This document shows, piece after piece, positions 16,467-25,330 of a DNA stretch of 27,312 nucleotides; the stretch's first letter is position 1; every line of letters starts with the position of its first letter. Where the stretch lies: positions 1-27,312 of the forward strand of contig CAZJVE010000015.1 of assembly GCA_964549685.1 (NCBI GenBank). The letters run 5' to 3'. The notes beneath the pieces are model-generated. The model made no database searches. It saw nothing but the letters and a program-made list of their open reading frames with translations, and was not told the DNA's origin. A program made the position numbers and the translations under genes. The DNA is from an uncultured archaeon (GTDB lineage Archaea; Altiarchaeota; Altiarchaeia; IMC4; QMZM01).

Positions 16467-18891
16467 TCCCCAACTCCTTTTCCTTCTCAGCAATCTTGAT
16501 CTTCGTCTTTATCGCAGTATCCGGGGTCAAAGACATCGAATCTATCCCGCACTCAACCAGGAAGGTTGCAAAATCGTCGTAGTCGGATGGCGCCTGGCCG
16601 CAGATTCCTATCTTCCTGCCCTTCGACTTTGCGGTGTCTATGACGTCCTTGATAAGCCTCTTGACGGCATCGTTCCTCTCATCATAGATATGCGCTACAA
16701 GCTCAGAGTCCCTGTCCAGGCCGAGGGCGAGCTGCGTCAGGTCGTTACTCCCTATGCTGAAGCCGTCGAATATCTCGGCAAACTGGTCTGCAAGAATCAC
16801 ATTCGACGGAATCTCGCACATGACATAGACCTCGAGCCCGTTCTCGCCCCGGGTGAGGCCGAACTCCTTCATCGTCTCCAGTACCTTTTTACCCTCCCCC
16901 ACAGTTCTGCAGAAGGGAATCATCACCTTTATGTTCGTCAGACCGAACTCACCCCTTGCCTTTAGAATGGCTTTGCACTCCAGCCCGAACGCTGGCTTGA
17001 AGTCATCATCATAGTAACGGGAGGCGCCCCTCCAGCCAATCATCGGATTGCTCTCCTCCGGCTCGTAGAGGAAGCCGCCAATCAGGTTGGCATACTCGTT
17101 GCTCTTGAAGTCCGAGAGCCTGACAATGACATCATTCGGATAGAAGCCGGCCGCAATCTTTCCGACGCCCTGGGCGAGCTGGTCGATAAAGAACTCCGTC
17201 TTGTCGTCATAGCCCCCTGTCCTCTCGTCTATTGTCTTTATCAACTCGGCAACATTCTCGTCCTTACTGACCCTCTTCTTCAGCTCCTCATAGTGAATCA
17301 GAGCGAGAGGGTGAATCCCGATATAGGAATTGATTATGAACTCCTCCCTCGCAAGCCCTACGCCATCATTTGGAATCTGGCCCTCCACGAAGGCCTTGTC
17401 GGGAATGCTGACGTTCATCATAATCTTCGTTCTGGTTTTGGGCATTTCCTTGAGGTTTATTTCGCTGATTTCGAACTTTAGAAGCCCTTCATAGACCTTC
17501 CCGGCCTCGCCCTCGGCGCAGCTTACCGTTACCTTAGTACCTGTCTTCAGGACGTCTGTGCCGTTCTCTGTTCCAACAATACATGGGATTCCAAGCTCTC
17601 TGCTGATTATCGCGGCGTGACATGTACGCCCCCCTCTATTAGTCACAATAGCCGCGGCAATCTTCATTATGGGCTCCCAGTCCGGGTCGGTCATGTCCGT
17701 AACCAGAATCTGATCCTTCTTGAATTCATGAATGTCCTCGGCCGACTCAATGTTGTTTACCTCGCCCTGACCTATCATCTCCCCGACGGCCTGCCCCTCC
17801 ACGAGCACCTTCCCCGTCTCCTTCAGCTCGAATGTTCTTGCCATCGAGACATCCCTCTGCGAATGCACCGTCTCGGGCCTGGCCTGGACTATGAACAGTT
17901 CCCCGGTTCCTACCGACTTTCCATCCCCGTCCTTGGCCCACTCGATATCCATCGGCTTTCCATAGTGCTCTTCGATTACGCAGGCCCACTCCGCAAGCTT
18001 GAGAACCTCCTCATCAGTTACGCTGAATTTATTCTGCTCCTCCTCGGGAACGTCCACGTTTTCCGTTCCCTTTTTGGCATATATCATCCTTATCCTTTTT
18101 GTGCCCATCTTCTTCCCGATTATCGGCTTCTTGCCTTCCTTGAGCGTGGGTTTGAAGACATAGAAATCGTCGGGATTTACAGCACCCTGGACGACGTTTT
18201 CGCCAAGGCCATAAGAAGAGGTTATGAATACAGCGTCCTTGAACCCGGACTCGGTGTCGATGGAAAACATCACGCCAGAAGAGGCCGAGTCCGAGCGCAC
18301 CATCTTCTGGACCGCAATCGAGAGGTATACGTCAAAGTGATCGAACCCTTTATCACCTCTGTAGGAAATCGCCCTGTCGGTAAACAGGGAGGCGAAGCAC
18401 TTCTTGCAGGAATCTATCAGGGCATCTGCCCCCCTTATGTTCAGGTAGGTCTCCTGTTGCCCGGCAAATGATGCATCAGGCAAATCCTCTGCCGTTGCGC
18501 TGCTCCTCACGGCAACGTCCGGCTCCTCATCATAGCCCAGCTTCTTGGGCATTTCAGCGTAGGCCTTCCGAATCGCCTCGTCCAGCTCGGGAGGGAATTC
18601 ACTGTTCCTAATCAGGGTTCTGACCTTCTTGCCCCGCTCTTTCAGGTTGTGCATGTCGTGGGTGTCGAGGTCGGACAGAATCTGCTTTATCTCATCCTCA
18701 ATCCCAGCATGCTCCAGAAGATAGCGATATGCATGGGCAGTAACGGCAAATCCGTTAGGAACCTTAACGCCCTTTTCACTGAGTGACTGAATCATCTCCC
18801 CCAGGGAGGCGTTCTTTCCCCCGACAAGCGGGACGTCTCCAATACCTACCTCGTCGAACCAGAGTATAAATTTTTCTTCCTTTTCAGCCAT
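16453..18891 (-). CDS. ppsA: Phosphoenolpyruvate synthase (pyruvate, water dikinase)
   Basis: VGGKNASLGEM, VAVRSSATAEDLPDASFAGQQET, phospho-His motif GGRTCHAAI, EESNPMIGWRG, FSIGSNDLTQ, GICGQAPSD. ATG 18891 (GTG 18897 also possible). Confidence 0.97.
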   Translation of the reverse strand: MAEKEEKFILWFDEVGIGDVPLVGGKNASLGEMIQSLSEKGVKVPNGFAVTAHAYRYLLEHAGIEDEIKQILSDLDTHDMHNLKERGKKVRTLIRNSEFPPELDEAIRKAYAEMPKKLGYDEEPDVAVRSSATAEDLPDASFAGQQETYLNIRGADALIDSCKKCFASLFTDRAISYRGDKGFDHFDVYLSIAVQKMVRSDSASSGVMFSIDTESGFKDAVFITSSYGLGENVVQGAVNPDDFYVFKPTLKEGKKPIIGKKMGTKRIRMIYAKKGTENVDVPEEEQNKFSVTDEEVLKLAEWACVIEEHYGKPMDIEWAKDGDGKSVGTGELFIVQARPETVHSQRDVSMARTFELKETGKVLVEGQAVGEMIGQGEVNNIESAEDIHEFKKDQILVTDMTDPDWEPIMKIAAAIVTNRGGRTCHAAIISRELGIPCIVGTENGTDVLKTGTKVTVSCAEGEAGKVYEGLLKFEISEINLKEMPKTRTKIMMNVSIPDKAFVEGQIPNDGVGLAREEFIINSYIGIHPLALIHYEELKKRVSKDENVAELIKTIDERTGGYDDKTEFFIDQLAQGVGKIAAGFYPNDVIVRLSDFKSNEYANLIGGFLYEPEESNPMIGWRGASRYYDDDFKPAFGLECKAILKARGEFGLTNIKVMIPFCRTVGEGKKVLETMKEFGLTRGENGLEVYVMCEIPSNVILADQFAEIFDGFSIGSNDLTQLALGLDRDSELVAHIYDERNDAVKRLIKDVIDTAKSKGRKIGICGQAPSDYDDFATFLVECGIDSMSLTPDTAIKTKIKIAEKEKELGISPD

Positions 18892-18957
18892 GGTCACACT
18901 TATTCCGAATTTTACTTCCGGATAGTATAGTATTATACTGTGTGGATTAAAGCCAGT

Positions 18958-18973
18958 CTATATAAGTTTTTCG
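18958..18973 (-). promoter_or_regulatory. BRE + TATA promoter of ppsA
   Basis: Minus strand reads CGAAAAAC-TTATATAG, a consensus-like archaeal BRE/TATA about 67 nt upstream of the ATG. Confidence 0.65.
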
Positions 18974-19032
18974 GGGACTATATAGGTGCCGGCAACCCTT
19001 AATACTTTTAATCCAGCATTAAAAAATTCACC

Positions 19033-19998
19033 ATGGAAATCCTGTTCCGATTATCGGGAGAGCACCCCTCTTTGCCCAGGGCGGAGGTTATCGCAGTCAT
19101 GGAGGGCGAGGGGATAGACTACAAAGTCCTGGCGGAATTCGACAGGGACAGGATTCTCGTCGTCGATGCAAAGGCAGAGAACACGGAATTCCTGCAGCGG
19201 CTCGCCCTGACAAAGCTCGTAGGGGAATTCGTCGGCATGTCCCATGGCCTGGAGGAGATAGCCGACCTCATCGCGGAAAAAATCCCCGCAGGCTCAAAAA
19301 TCGCAGTCAGGGGTTCCCTCCCTCTTGAGAAGGAGCTCGGCGCCATGCTCACAGAAAAGGGCTTCGGTATTGACCTCGAAAAGCCGGAGTTTAGCATACC
19401 TCTGTTCAAGACCGGTAAGCAATATTTTGCAGCCATTGAGATTCCCCTCGACAGGGACTTCGAGCGAAGGAAGCCGCAGTTCAGACCATACTTCCACCCC
19501 ACCTCCATGCACCCGAGGATTGCCCGGGCACTGGTAAACCTTGCAAGAGTAAAAAGGGGCGACACGGTCCTGGACCCCTTCTGCGGGACAGGGGGAATTC
19601 TGATAGAGGCCGGCCTGATGGGGATGAAGGCCATGGGCTCCGACATCAACGAGGAGATGGTCGGCGGCTGCAGGAAGAACCTCCAGCACTTCGGACTCGG
19701 AGGAGAAATAAAGCGGACCGACGCCATGAACCTGGACAAAGAATTCACCGGTGCCGATTCAATCGTAACGGACCTGCCCTACGGCCGCTCTTCATTCACG
19801 AGCGATAAGGATATGGAAAAATTATACAACGAATTTATATCTGTTGCAGGGAATTTATTGAAGGAAGGCAAACACCTAGTCGTTGTAATGCCCGATAAAT
19901 TCACCCCGGAACCCGAGAATTTTTCAGCTGCCGGGGAATTCTCCCTCTATGTTCACAAGAGCCTGACCCGGAAGGTTTGGGTTATGCGGAGAGCGTGA
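19033..19998 (+). CDS. trm11: tRNA (guanine-10 N2) methyltransferase, Trm11/TrmG10-like (THUMP + Rossmann MTase)
   Basis: LSGEHPSLPRAE, RPYFHPTSMHPRIARALVNL, VLDPFCGTGGILIEA, TDLPYGR, VHKSLTR. Confidence 0.88.
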   Translation: MEILFRLSGEHPSLPRAEVIAVMEGEGIDYKVLAEFDRDRILVVDAKAENTEFLQRLALTKLVGEFVGMSHGLEEIADLIAEKIPAGSKIAVRGSLPLEKELGAMLTEKGFGIDLEKPEFSIPLFKTGKQYFAAIEIPLDRDFERRKPQFRPYFHPTSMHPRIARALVNLARVKRGDTVLDPFCGTGGILIEAGLMGMKAMGSDINEEMVGGCRKNLQHFGLGGEIKRTDAMNLDKEFTGADSIVTDLPYGRSSFTSDKDMEKLYNEFISVAGNLLKEGKHLVVVMPDKFTPEPENFSAAGEFSLYVHKSLTRKVWVMRRA

Positions 19999-20035
19999 CA
20001 TATATAAAACCATTCCAAATATATTAGAACTCAGA

Positions 20036-21715
20036 ATGAAAGGCTCTAAGGCGATTGTCAGGTCCCTCGAAGAGGAGGGAGTCGAGCACATTTTCGGTAT
20101 TCAGGGCGGGGCGATAATGGAGGTCTACGACATCCTCTACGAGGGCGGCCCACGGCACATTCTCATGCGCCATGAACAGTGCGCGGCCCATGCTGCAGAA
20201 GGATACGCAAGAGCATCCGGCAAGGTCGGCGTCTGCATGGCCACCTCCGGGCCCGGAGCAACAAACCTCGTTACGGGACTGGCTGATGCGCACATGGATT
20301 CTACACCGATAGTTGCACTCACCGGACAGGTGCCTGTCCACCTCATAGGAAACGACGCCTTCCAGGAGTCCGACATAGTCGGCATAACCATGCCGATAAC
20401 GAAGCACAACTTCCAGATTACGGATGTGAACGACATCCCCTATACCATAAAGGCCGCGTTCAAGATAGCATCCACCAGAAGGCCGGGGCCCGTTCTAATC
20501 GACCTGCCAAAGGACACCCAGCAGAAGGAGCTGAAGAAGTTCTCTTACCCAAAGGATATTGATATTCCCGGCTACAAGGTGGTCAAGGGCGGCGGCCACG
20601 CAAAGCAGCTCAAGGACGTTGCAAATGCTCTCATGAACGCCGAGAGGCCCGTAATCATCGCCGGGGGAGGTGTAATACTATCAAGCGGAAGCAGTGAGCT
20701 GACCAAGCTCGCGGAGTCCCTCAACATTCCCGTTACAACCACCCTCATGGGCAAGGGCTGCTTCCCGGAAGACCACCCACTATCCCTTGGAATGCTCGGA
20801 ATGCACGGCAGAAAGGCAGCAAACGTGGCGGTTACAGAGTGCGATGTACTCTTCGTCATAGGAATCAGGTTCTCGGACAGGATTACCGGCAAGATAGACA
20901 CCTTCGCAACGGGGGCAAAGAAGATTCAGGTGGACATAGACGCCTCGGAAATCGGTAAGAACGTCGAGGTTGACATTCCTGTGGTGGGAGATGCAAAGCT
21001 CGTTCTCCAGAACCTCCTGAAGATTATAGCGAAGATGAAGCAGAAGAAGAACACCGCCTGGGATAAGAAGGTCCAGAAGTTCAAGAAGGAGTTCGCCCCC
21101 ATCTACGACTATGACACCAAGCCGATAAAGCAGCAGAGAGTCATGAAGGAGGTCAACAAGATCATCGACAGCAAGACAATCATAACAACGGAGGTCGGGC
21201 AGTGCCAGATGTGGGCTGCTCACTACCTCGACATAAAGACTCCAAGGCACTTCATATCCTCCGGTGGACTGGGAACCATGGGAGCCGGCTTCCCCTACGC
21301 AATAGGCGCAAAGGTCGCAAGGCCCGACTGCAAGGTCATAGACATAGGCAGCGAGGGCAGCTTCCAGATGACTGGACAGGATATGGCAACCTGCGTGGAG
21401 GAGAACATTCCCGTCGCAGCCGTCCTGATGAACAACCGCTACCTTGGCATGGTTATGCAGTGGCAGGACCTATTCTACGATGGAAGGAGGTCCCACACGT
21501 GCCTTGGAAAGGTCCCGGATTTTGTTAAGTTGGCAGATGCCTACTGCGCAAAAGGAGTGACAGTCGAGAAGCCCTCCGAAATCCAAGAAGCACTGAAAGA
21601 AGCGGTAAAGTCAGACGTCCCGTTCATAGTCGACATCGTCGTGGACCCGGACGAGCACGTCCTGCCGATGATGAAGCCGGGTGGCAGAATCGACAAGATG
21701 ATAGAGAGGAAGTAG
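20036..21715 (+). CDS. ilvB: Acetolactate synthase large subunit (biosynthetic, TPP-dependent)
   Basis: RHEQCAAHAAEGYAR, TSGPGATN, GNDAFQE, LGMLGMHG, RFSDR, SGGLGTMG, TPP motif GSEGSFQM...NNRYLGMV. Confidence 0.95.
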   Translation: MKGSKAIVRSLEEEGVEHIFGIQGGAIMEVYDILYEGGPRHILMRHEQCAAHAAEGYARASGKVGVCMATSGPGATNLVTGLADAHMDSTPIVALTGQVPVHLIGNDAFQESDIVGITMPITKHNFQITDVNDIPYTIKAAFKIASTRRPGPVLIDLPKDTQQKELKKFSYPKDIDIPGYKVVKGGGHAKQLKDVANALMNAERPVIIAGGGVILSSGSSELTKLAESLNIPVTTTLMGKGCFPEDHPLSLGMLGMHGRKAANVAVTECDVLFVIGIRFSDRITGKIDTFATGAKKIQVDIDASEIGKNVEVDIPVVGDAKLVLQNLLKIIAKMKQKKNTAWDKKVQKFKKEFAPIYDYDTKPIKQQRVMKEVNKIIDSKTIITTEVGQCQMWAAHYLDIKTPRHFISSGGLGTMGAGFPYAIGAKVARPDCKVIDIGSEGSFQMTGQDMATCVEENIPVAAVLMNNRYLGMVMQWQDLFYDGRRSHTCLGKVPDFVKLADAYCAKGVTVEKPSEIQEALKEAVKSDVPFIVDIVVDPDEHVLPMMKPGGRIDKMIERK

Positions 21716-21759
21716 AATCTACTTCTATAAAATTCCGCTACCAAGACTAGAAAATTCTT

Positions 21760-22170
21760 TTATGCACAGCACATGCACTGGTCCCCGCCGCCTGCTGAAT
21801 AGCTAGCCCAGTTGCAGGCCTCCACTCTGTCGCCCCAGTCGCCGTTGTCTATGCCGAACGCACAGTCCTTGCTTATCTCATTGCACTCGTTGACGCAGTT
21901 TTCGCCAGGGCCTCCTGGTGTGAAATCCCTCTGCGTTAAGGGCGCGGCACATCCCCCGCCCTCATAATACGAAGGAAGCTGCCCTCCCAGATAATTAGAA
22001 TTATTCGCAAGGTCCACCACACCGTCCACGTTGGTATCCAGGTCGGTGACCTCGCTTATCGGATGGCTCTGCGTGCCCCCCTGCGCAATCGTGTAATTGA
22101 TGACCGTTGCAACTGCAAGGATAAAGACCAAAAATAGTATGTGCTTTCGTGATATGTTTATGTTAATCAT
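21760..22170 (-). CDS. Small secreted Cys-rich protein
   Basis: Sec-type signal (RKHILFLVFILAVATVINYTIA|Q), DTNVDGVVD, NSNYLGGQLPSYY and an 8-Cys C-terminal domain ending QCMCCA. Confidence 0.75.
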   Translation of the reverse strand: MININISRKHILFLVFILAVATVINYTIAQGGTQSHPISEVTDLDTNVDGVVDLANNSNYLGGQLPSYYEGGGCAAPLTQRDFTPGGPGENCVNECNEISKDCAFGIDNGDWGDRVEACNWASYSAGGGDQCMCCA

Positions 22171-22211
22171 TTTTTTCTTGGTTATTCTTTATAATTTCAT
22201 CGTTTAAATAT

Positions 22212-24356
22212 CTACGGATTGATTACGCAGCATATCTTGTCGCTGTATGTGTTGATGCCCCCGAGATGGGAGTCATCGTTCGAGGCCATCGATGCGAGGG
22301 TTTCCTCGCCTACATCACAGGAGGTTGCAGTGACTCCGCAGCTGAGGGTGCCTCCGCAGGCCCCGGTCGAGCAGCATATCACGTTCGTGTAGGTGTTGTA
22401 GCCGTCCGGGTCCTGTGCATGGGCATCGGTCCCGTTGTATAATGAGATGACCCGTTCATAGCCGGGCGAGCACGATGAAGGCGAACCAACAACCTCGCAC
22501 GTCGGGGCGCAGCCGCTTGCGGAGCAGCATACCAGGTTGTCATAGATTCCTGTCCCTGTGCAGTTAGCCCCGTGGGCCCCGGCCGTATCGTCAGTATACG
22601 TATCATACATCGTGAATATGCACGCCTCGGTTCCAAGGCAGGATGCCTTTGTCGAGCAGCTCAGCACAGGAATGGTGGTGGTTGTCGTAGTACTCGTGCT
22701 CGTCGTGCTCGTTGTCGGGCTCGTGCTCGTCGTGCTGGTGCTCGTCGTCGTACTTGTTGGCATCACAGTAACGTTGCAGCAAATCTTGTTGTCGTAGTAG
22801 CTGAACTGCGCGGCATGGGAATTCGATGTGCTGTACATTGAGCCGACCTCCCCCCAGTTGCCTTCGGCCGGGCAGTTGTTTGAATAGACTGCACACTGAA
22901 TCTCCCCTCCGCCGCCTACCTCGAGGCAGATGTCGCTGTCATAGGCCCCTGTACCATACTCCTCGACGTGTGAGTTCGAGGCGCCCGTCATTGAGACTAC
23001 CCCGCCTTCTCCTGCATTGCAGCCATCACTTGCCGTTACGGTCAGGTCCTCTCCCGGGACCTTGCAGCACAGGTCCCTTGAGCCATAGCTACACCATCCG
23101 GCATGGGAATTGCTCGGCTGCCAGAGCGAGAATACGCAGGTATACTCTCCCGCTCCGCCGGAACAGTAGCTGCTCACCTCACCGTCGTTGCTCGTGAAGA
23201 TATCGCATATCAATGCCCCTGCTGGAATAATCGTTGTCGTCACCGTCGTTGTCACGGGAATTTCAGTTGCACTACCACTCCACATGACAAGGCCCAGCCT
23301 TACCGTGGAGTTGGACCCTGACGAGAAGGTGGCCAGGCCGCTCCTTGAGACGATTTCGCTGGAATTAGCCTGCTGCGTGTAATTTCCGATGATGCACGTG
23401 GTCGGCTCTACGAGGTGAAAGTTTCCGTAGTACGGTGCTGTGTTGTCCGGAACATAGCCCACATTGGTTGTGAGAATAAAGGCATCGACGTGGACGAAGT
23501 TTGTGCCTTTGCTGAAATTTACCTCAAGCAACCCGCTTGTTAAGAAGACGTTATCCGGGGCAGAGACCCATACATAGTTATCCAGGTCCCCGGTGTCTGA
23601 GACAATGATTGTATAGAAATCGCTGCCTATGTCCACATCAATGTCCTTTGCACCCCCTGTGTTCGAGGCCCTCAGCAGCAGCTTGTAATAACCCGGGGTT
23701 TCAATGTTGAGTCTGTACATGAGCTCGTCATTTGCACCTAGTTTCATATAAGTGCTGTTGGACGCCTCGTTGGATGACCCGGTGGTTGTTCCATATTCAT
23801 AATCATAGGCCTCTGCCTCCCTCCAGAGATATGCATCTGTATAACCTCCATGGGCGCCAAGCGTAAAGCCGTTGAGGCAGGTCACGCCACCCTCGGAGAA
23901 CCTGCCAATCTTCAGGCCATCGAAGCAGTCCCTGTTTGAGGCGTTAATGCACGAGATATTCATGTAGAAGTTGTAATCTCCCCTCCTGAGAAGTTTGTTC
24001 CTTGTTGTGTCGTAGTTGTTCTTCGTCAGGTTTATCAGATGCATTACCTTGTCGGGGTCAAGCACCCTGTCCTCGCTTTCCCCGAAAAAACCCGAGTCGA
24101 CGAGGCCTATCACCTCGGCGTTCTCCGGGTCGAGGTACCAGTCCTCCGGGAAGCCCTCGCTTCTCATGAGCTGTTCAACTGCGTTGGAGGATGACCACTC
24201 CATGTCCCCGATGTCCTCCAGGACATCTATCCTTGAAAGCATCTCGTCCCACATGAAGACAATGAGGGCGAGGACTATCATGAATACCAGGGTTGCAATA
24301 ACGAAGTCCGAGATGAACGCCTGTCCCTTCCTTAGCGGGAATTCAGAGTGTTTCAT
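22212..24356 (-). CDS. Large pilin-like surface protein: class III-type signal peptide, CBM-like insert, two Cys/His repeat triads, Thr-rich linkers
   Basis: RKG|QAFISDF plus hydrophobic helix; GFPEDW motif; EAE...YRLNIETPGYYKLLLRA...VDAFILT beta-sandwich; six (N/D/G)(S/A)H...C(C) repeats. Confidence 0.82.
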   Translation of the reverse strand: MKHSEFPLRKGQAFISDFVIATLVFMIVLALIVFMWDEMLSRIDVLEDIGDMEWSSSNAVEQLMRSEGFPEDWYLDPENAEVIGLVDSGFFGESEDRVLDPDKVMHLINLTKNNYDTTRNKLLRRGDYNFYMNISCINASNRDCFDGLKIGRFSEGGVTCLNGFTLGAHGGYTDAYLWREAEAYDYEYGTTTGSSNEASNSTYMKLGANDELMYRLNIETPGYYKLLLRASNTGGAKDIDVDIGSDFYTIIVSDTGDLDNYVWVSAPDNVFLTSGLLEVNFSKGTNFVHVDAFILTTNVGYVPDNTAPYYGNFHLVEPTTCIIGNYTQQANSSEIVSRSGLATFSSGSNSTVRLGLVMWSGSATEIPVTTTVTTTIIPAGALICDIFTSNDGEVSSYCSGGAGEYTCVFSLWQPSNSHAGWCSYGSRDLCCKVPGEDLTVTASDGCNAGEGGVVSMTGASNSHVEEYGTGAYDSDICLEVGGGGEIQCAVYSNNCPAEGNWGEVGSMYSTSNSHAAQFSYYDNKICCNVTVMPTSTTTSTSTTSTSPTTSTTSTSTTTTTTIPVLSCSTKASCLGTEACIFTMYDTYTDDTAGAHGANCTGTGIYDNLVCCSASGCAPTCEVVGSPSSCSPGYERVISLYNGTDAHAQDPDGYNTYTNVICCSTGACGGTLSCGVTATSCDVGEETLASMASNDDSHLGGINTYSDKICCVINP
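22672..22760 (-). repeat. Low-complexity Thr/Ser linker repeat (GTGCTCGTC-like units on + strand)
   Basis: Encodes PTSTTTSTSTTSTSPTTSTTSTSTTTTTTI within the 714-aa protein. Confidence 0.85.
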
Positions 24357-24798
24357 TCTTTAGGTATATAACCTCATCAACGTTCTCAATTTTTATCCTC
24401 CTGCTTTCGTTGACGGTCATGACCGTTTTTTTGCCGTCGGAGGAACATATGCTCATGGTGCAGTTAATCTGGGGAGTTGACATGGGCGAGGCCCAGGTCA
24501 TATCCAGCGCATTTAATTCGAGTACCGATTCATTCACGTAGAAGCTGACGGTATAGGGCATGTTCTGTATGTCGCCCGGGAGAGTGAGATACAGTGAATA
24601 GCCGTCCCCGGCGATTGCCATCCCGTTGATTCCTTCCGCTATTGAATTCGCGGTGTCCTGCCCCTCGATGTCGAATTTCATATAGGTCGTCGAGTTGAAC
24701 TTCTGGAAGATTACAAAGCCGATGACGATGAATATCATGAGGATGAGGGACATAGTAACGAGAAACTCCATGCTGGCCTGTGCTTTCCTTTTGTCCAT
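24343..24798 (-). CDS. Pilin-like protein with class III signal peptide
   Basis: MDKRKA|QASMEF (Q+1, S+3, E+5) followed by a hydrophobic helix and GDGYSLYLTLP. Confidence 0.85.
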   Translation of the reverse strand: MDKRKAQASMEFLVTMSLILMIFIVIGFVIFQKFNSTTYMKFDIEGQDTANSIAEGINGMAIAGDGYSLYLTLPGDIQNMPYTVSFYVNESVLELNALDMTWASPMSTPQINCTMSICSSDGKKTVMTVNESRRIKIENVDEVIYLKNETL

Positions 24799-24800
24799 TT

Positions 24801-25244
24801 CTACGCCGTGGTGATGTTTATGTCATAGGAGCCGCCGGAGGGAAGGGACTCCACGGAGAGAACATAGTAGCCCTCCCTGCAGCTGCCCCCGGGACAAATC
24901 GATGATATGTCACTCGTCATATTGCCCTTGCTCACTTGATAAACATCGGTGTATGAATCGGCAACGGATATCCTCAGCCTGACCGTGTAATTCGCTATTG
25001 AAATAGCTTCTATGTTGCTGGGAATTCTCACGTCTACCTGGGTCTTCGACGGATGGCCCCTGATGTAGATAAAGTCGCTGGCCTCCTTAATCTCCTGGAC
25101 TGCCCTGACTGCAGAGTCAACCCCGAGCTGCGTGCTCGAGCTGACAACAAGAGATGTACTCACGTAGAGAATTGCGGTGAATACGCCCAGAGCGAGGGCC
25201 AGCATAATCATGTACTCCAATGACGCCTGTCCTTTTTTCACCAT
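24801..25244 (-). CDS. Pilin-like protein with class III signal peptide
   Basis: MVKKG|QASLEY (QxSxE) plus hydrophobic helix; ASDFIYIRGHPSKTQVDVRIP. Confidence 0.87.
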   Translation of the reverse strand: MVKKGQASLEYMIMLALALGVFTAILYVSTSLVVSSSTQLGVDSAVRAVQEIKEASDFIYIRGHPSKTQVDVRIPSNIEAISIANYTVRLRISVADSYTDVYQVSKGNMTSDISSICPGGSCREGYYVLSVESLPSGGSYDINITTA

Positions 25245-25330
25245 CTTTATTAATTATCTTGCTTATTGTATTAAATACCTATTTATTAGGGGAAAGTAAA
25301 ATTATTAAAATCTGAAATTGGTGGGATAGG

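Noticed and set aside
17617-18471. 284-aa + strand ORF
   Set aside because: Antisense shadow of ppsA.
20036-21715. ilvB without an adjacent regulatory subunit gene
   Set aside because: Dispersed pathway genes are common in archaea; ilvN/ilvH may be elsewhere in the genome.
22672-22760. Tandem GTGCTCGTC-like repeats as a CRISPR array or independent VNTR
   Set aside because: They are in-frame codons of a Thr/Ser linker with no repeat-spacer structure.
22212-25244. Archaellum or hamus genes
   Set aside because: No archaellin signature and no arlH/I/J cluster here. The described hamus subunit is S-layer-like rather than a class III pilin, and nothing in the sequence links these genes to it.
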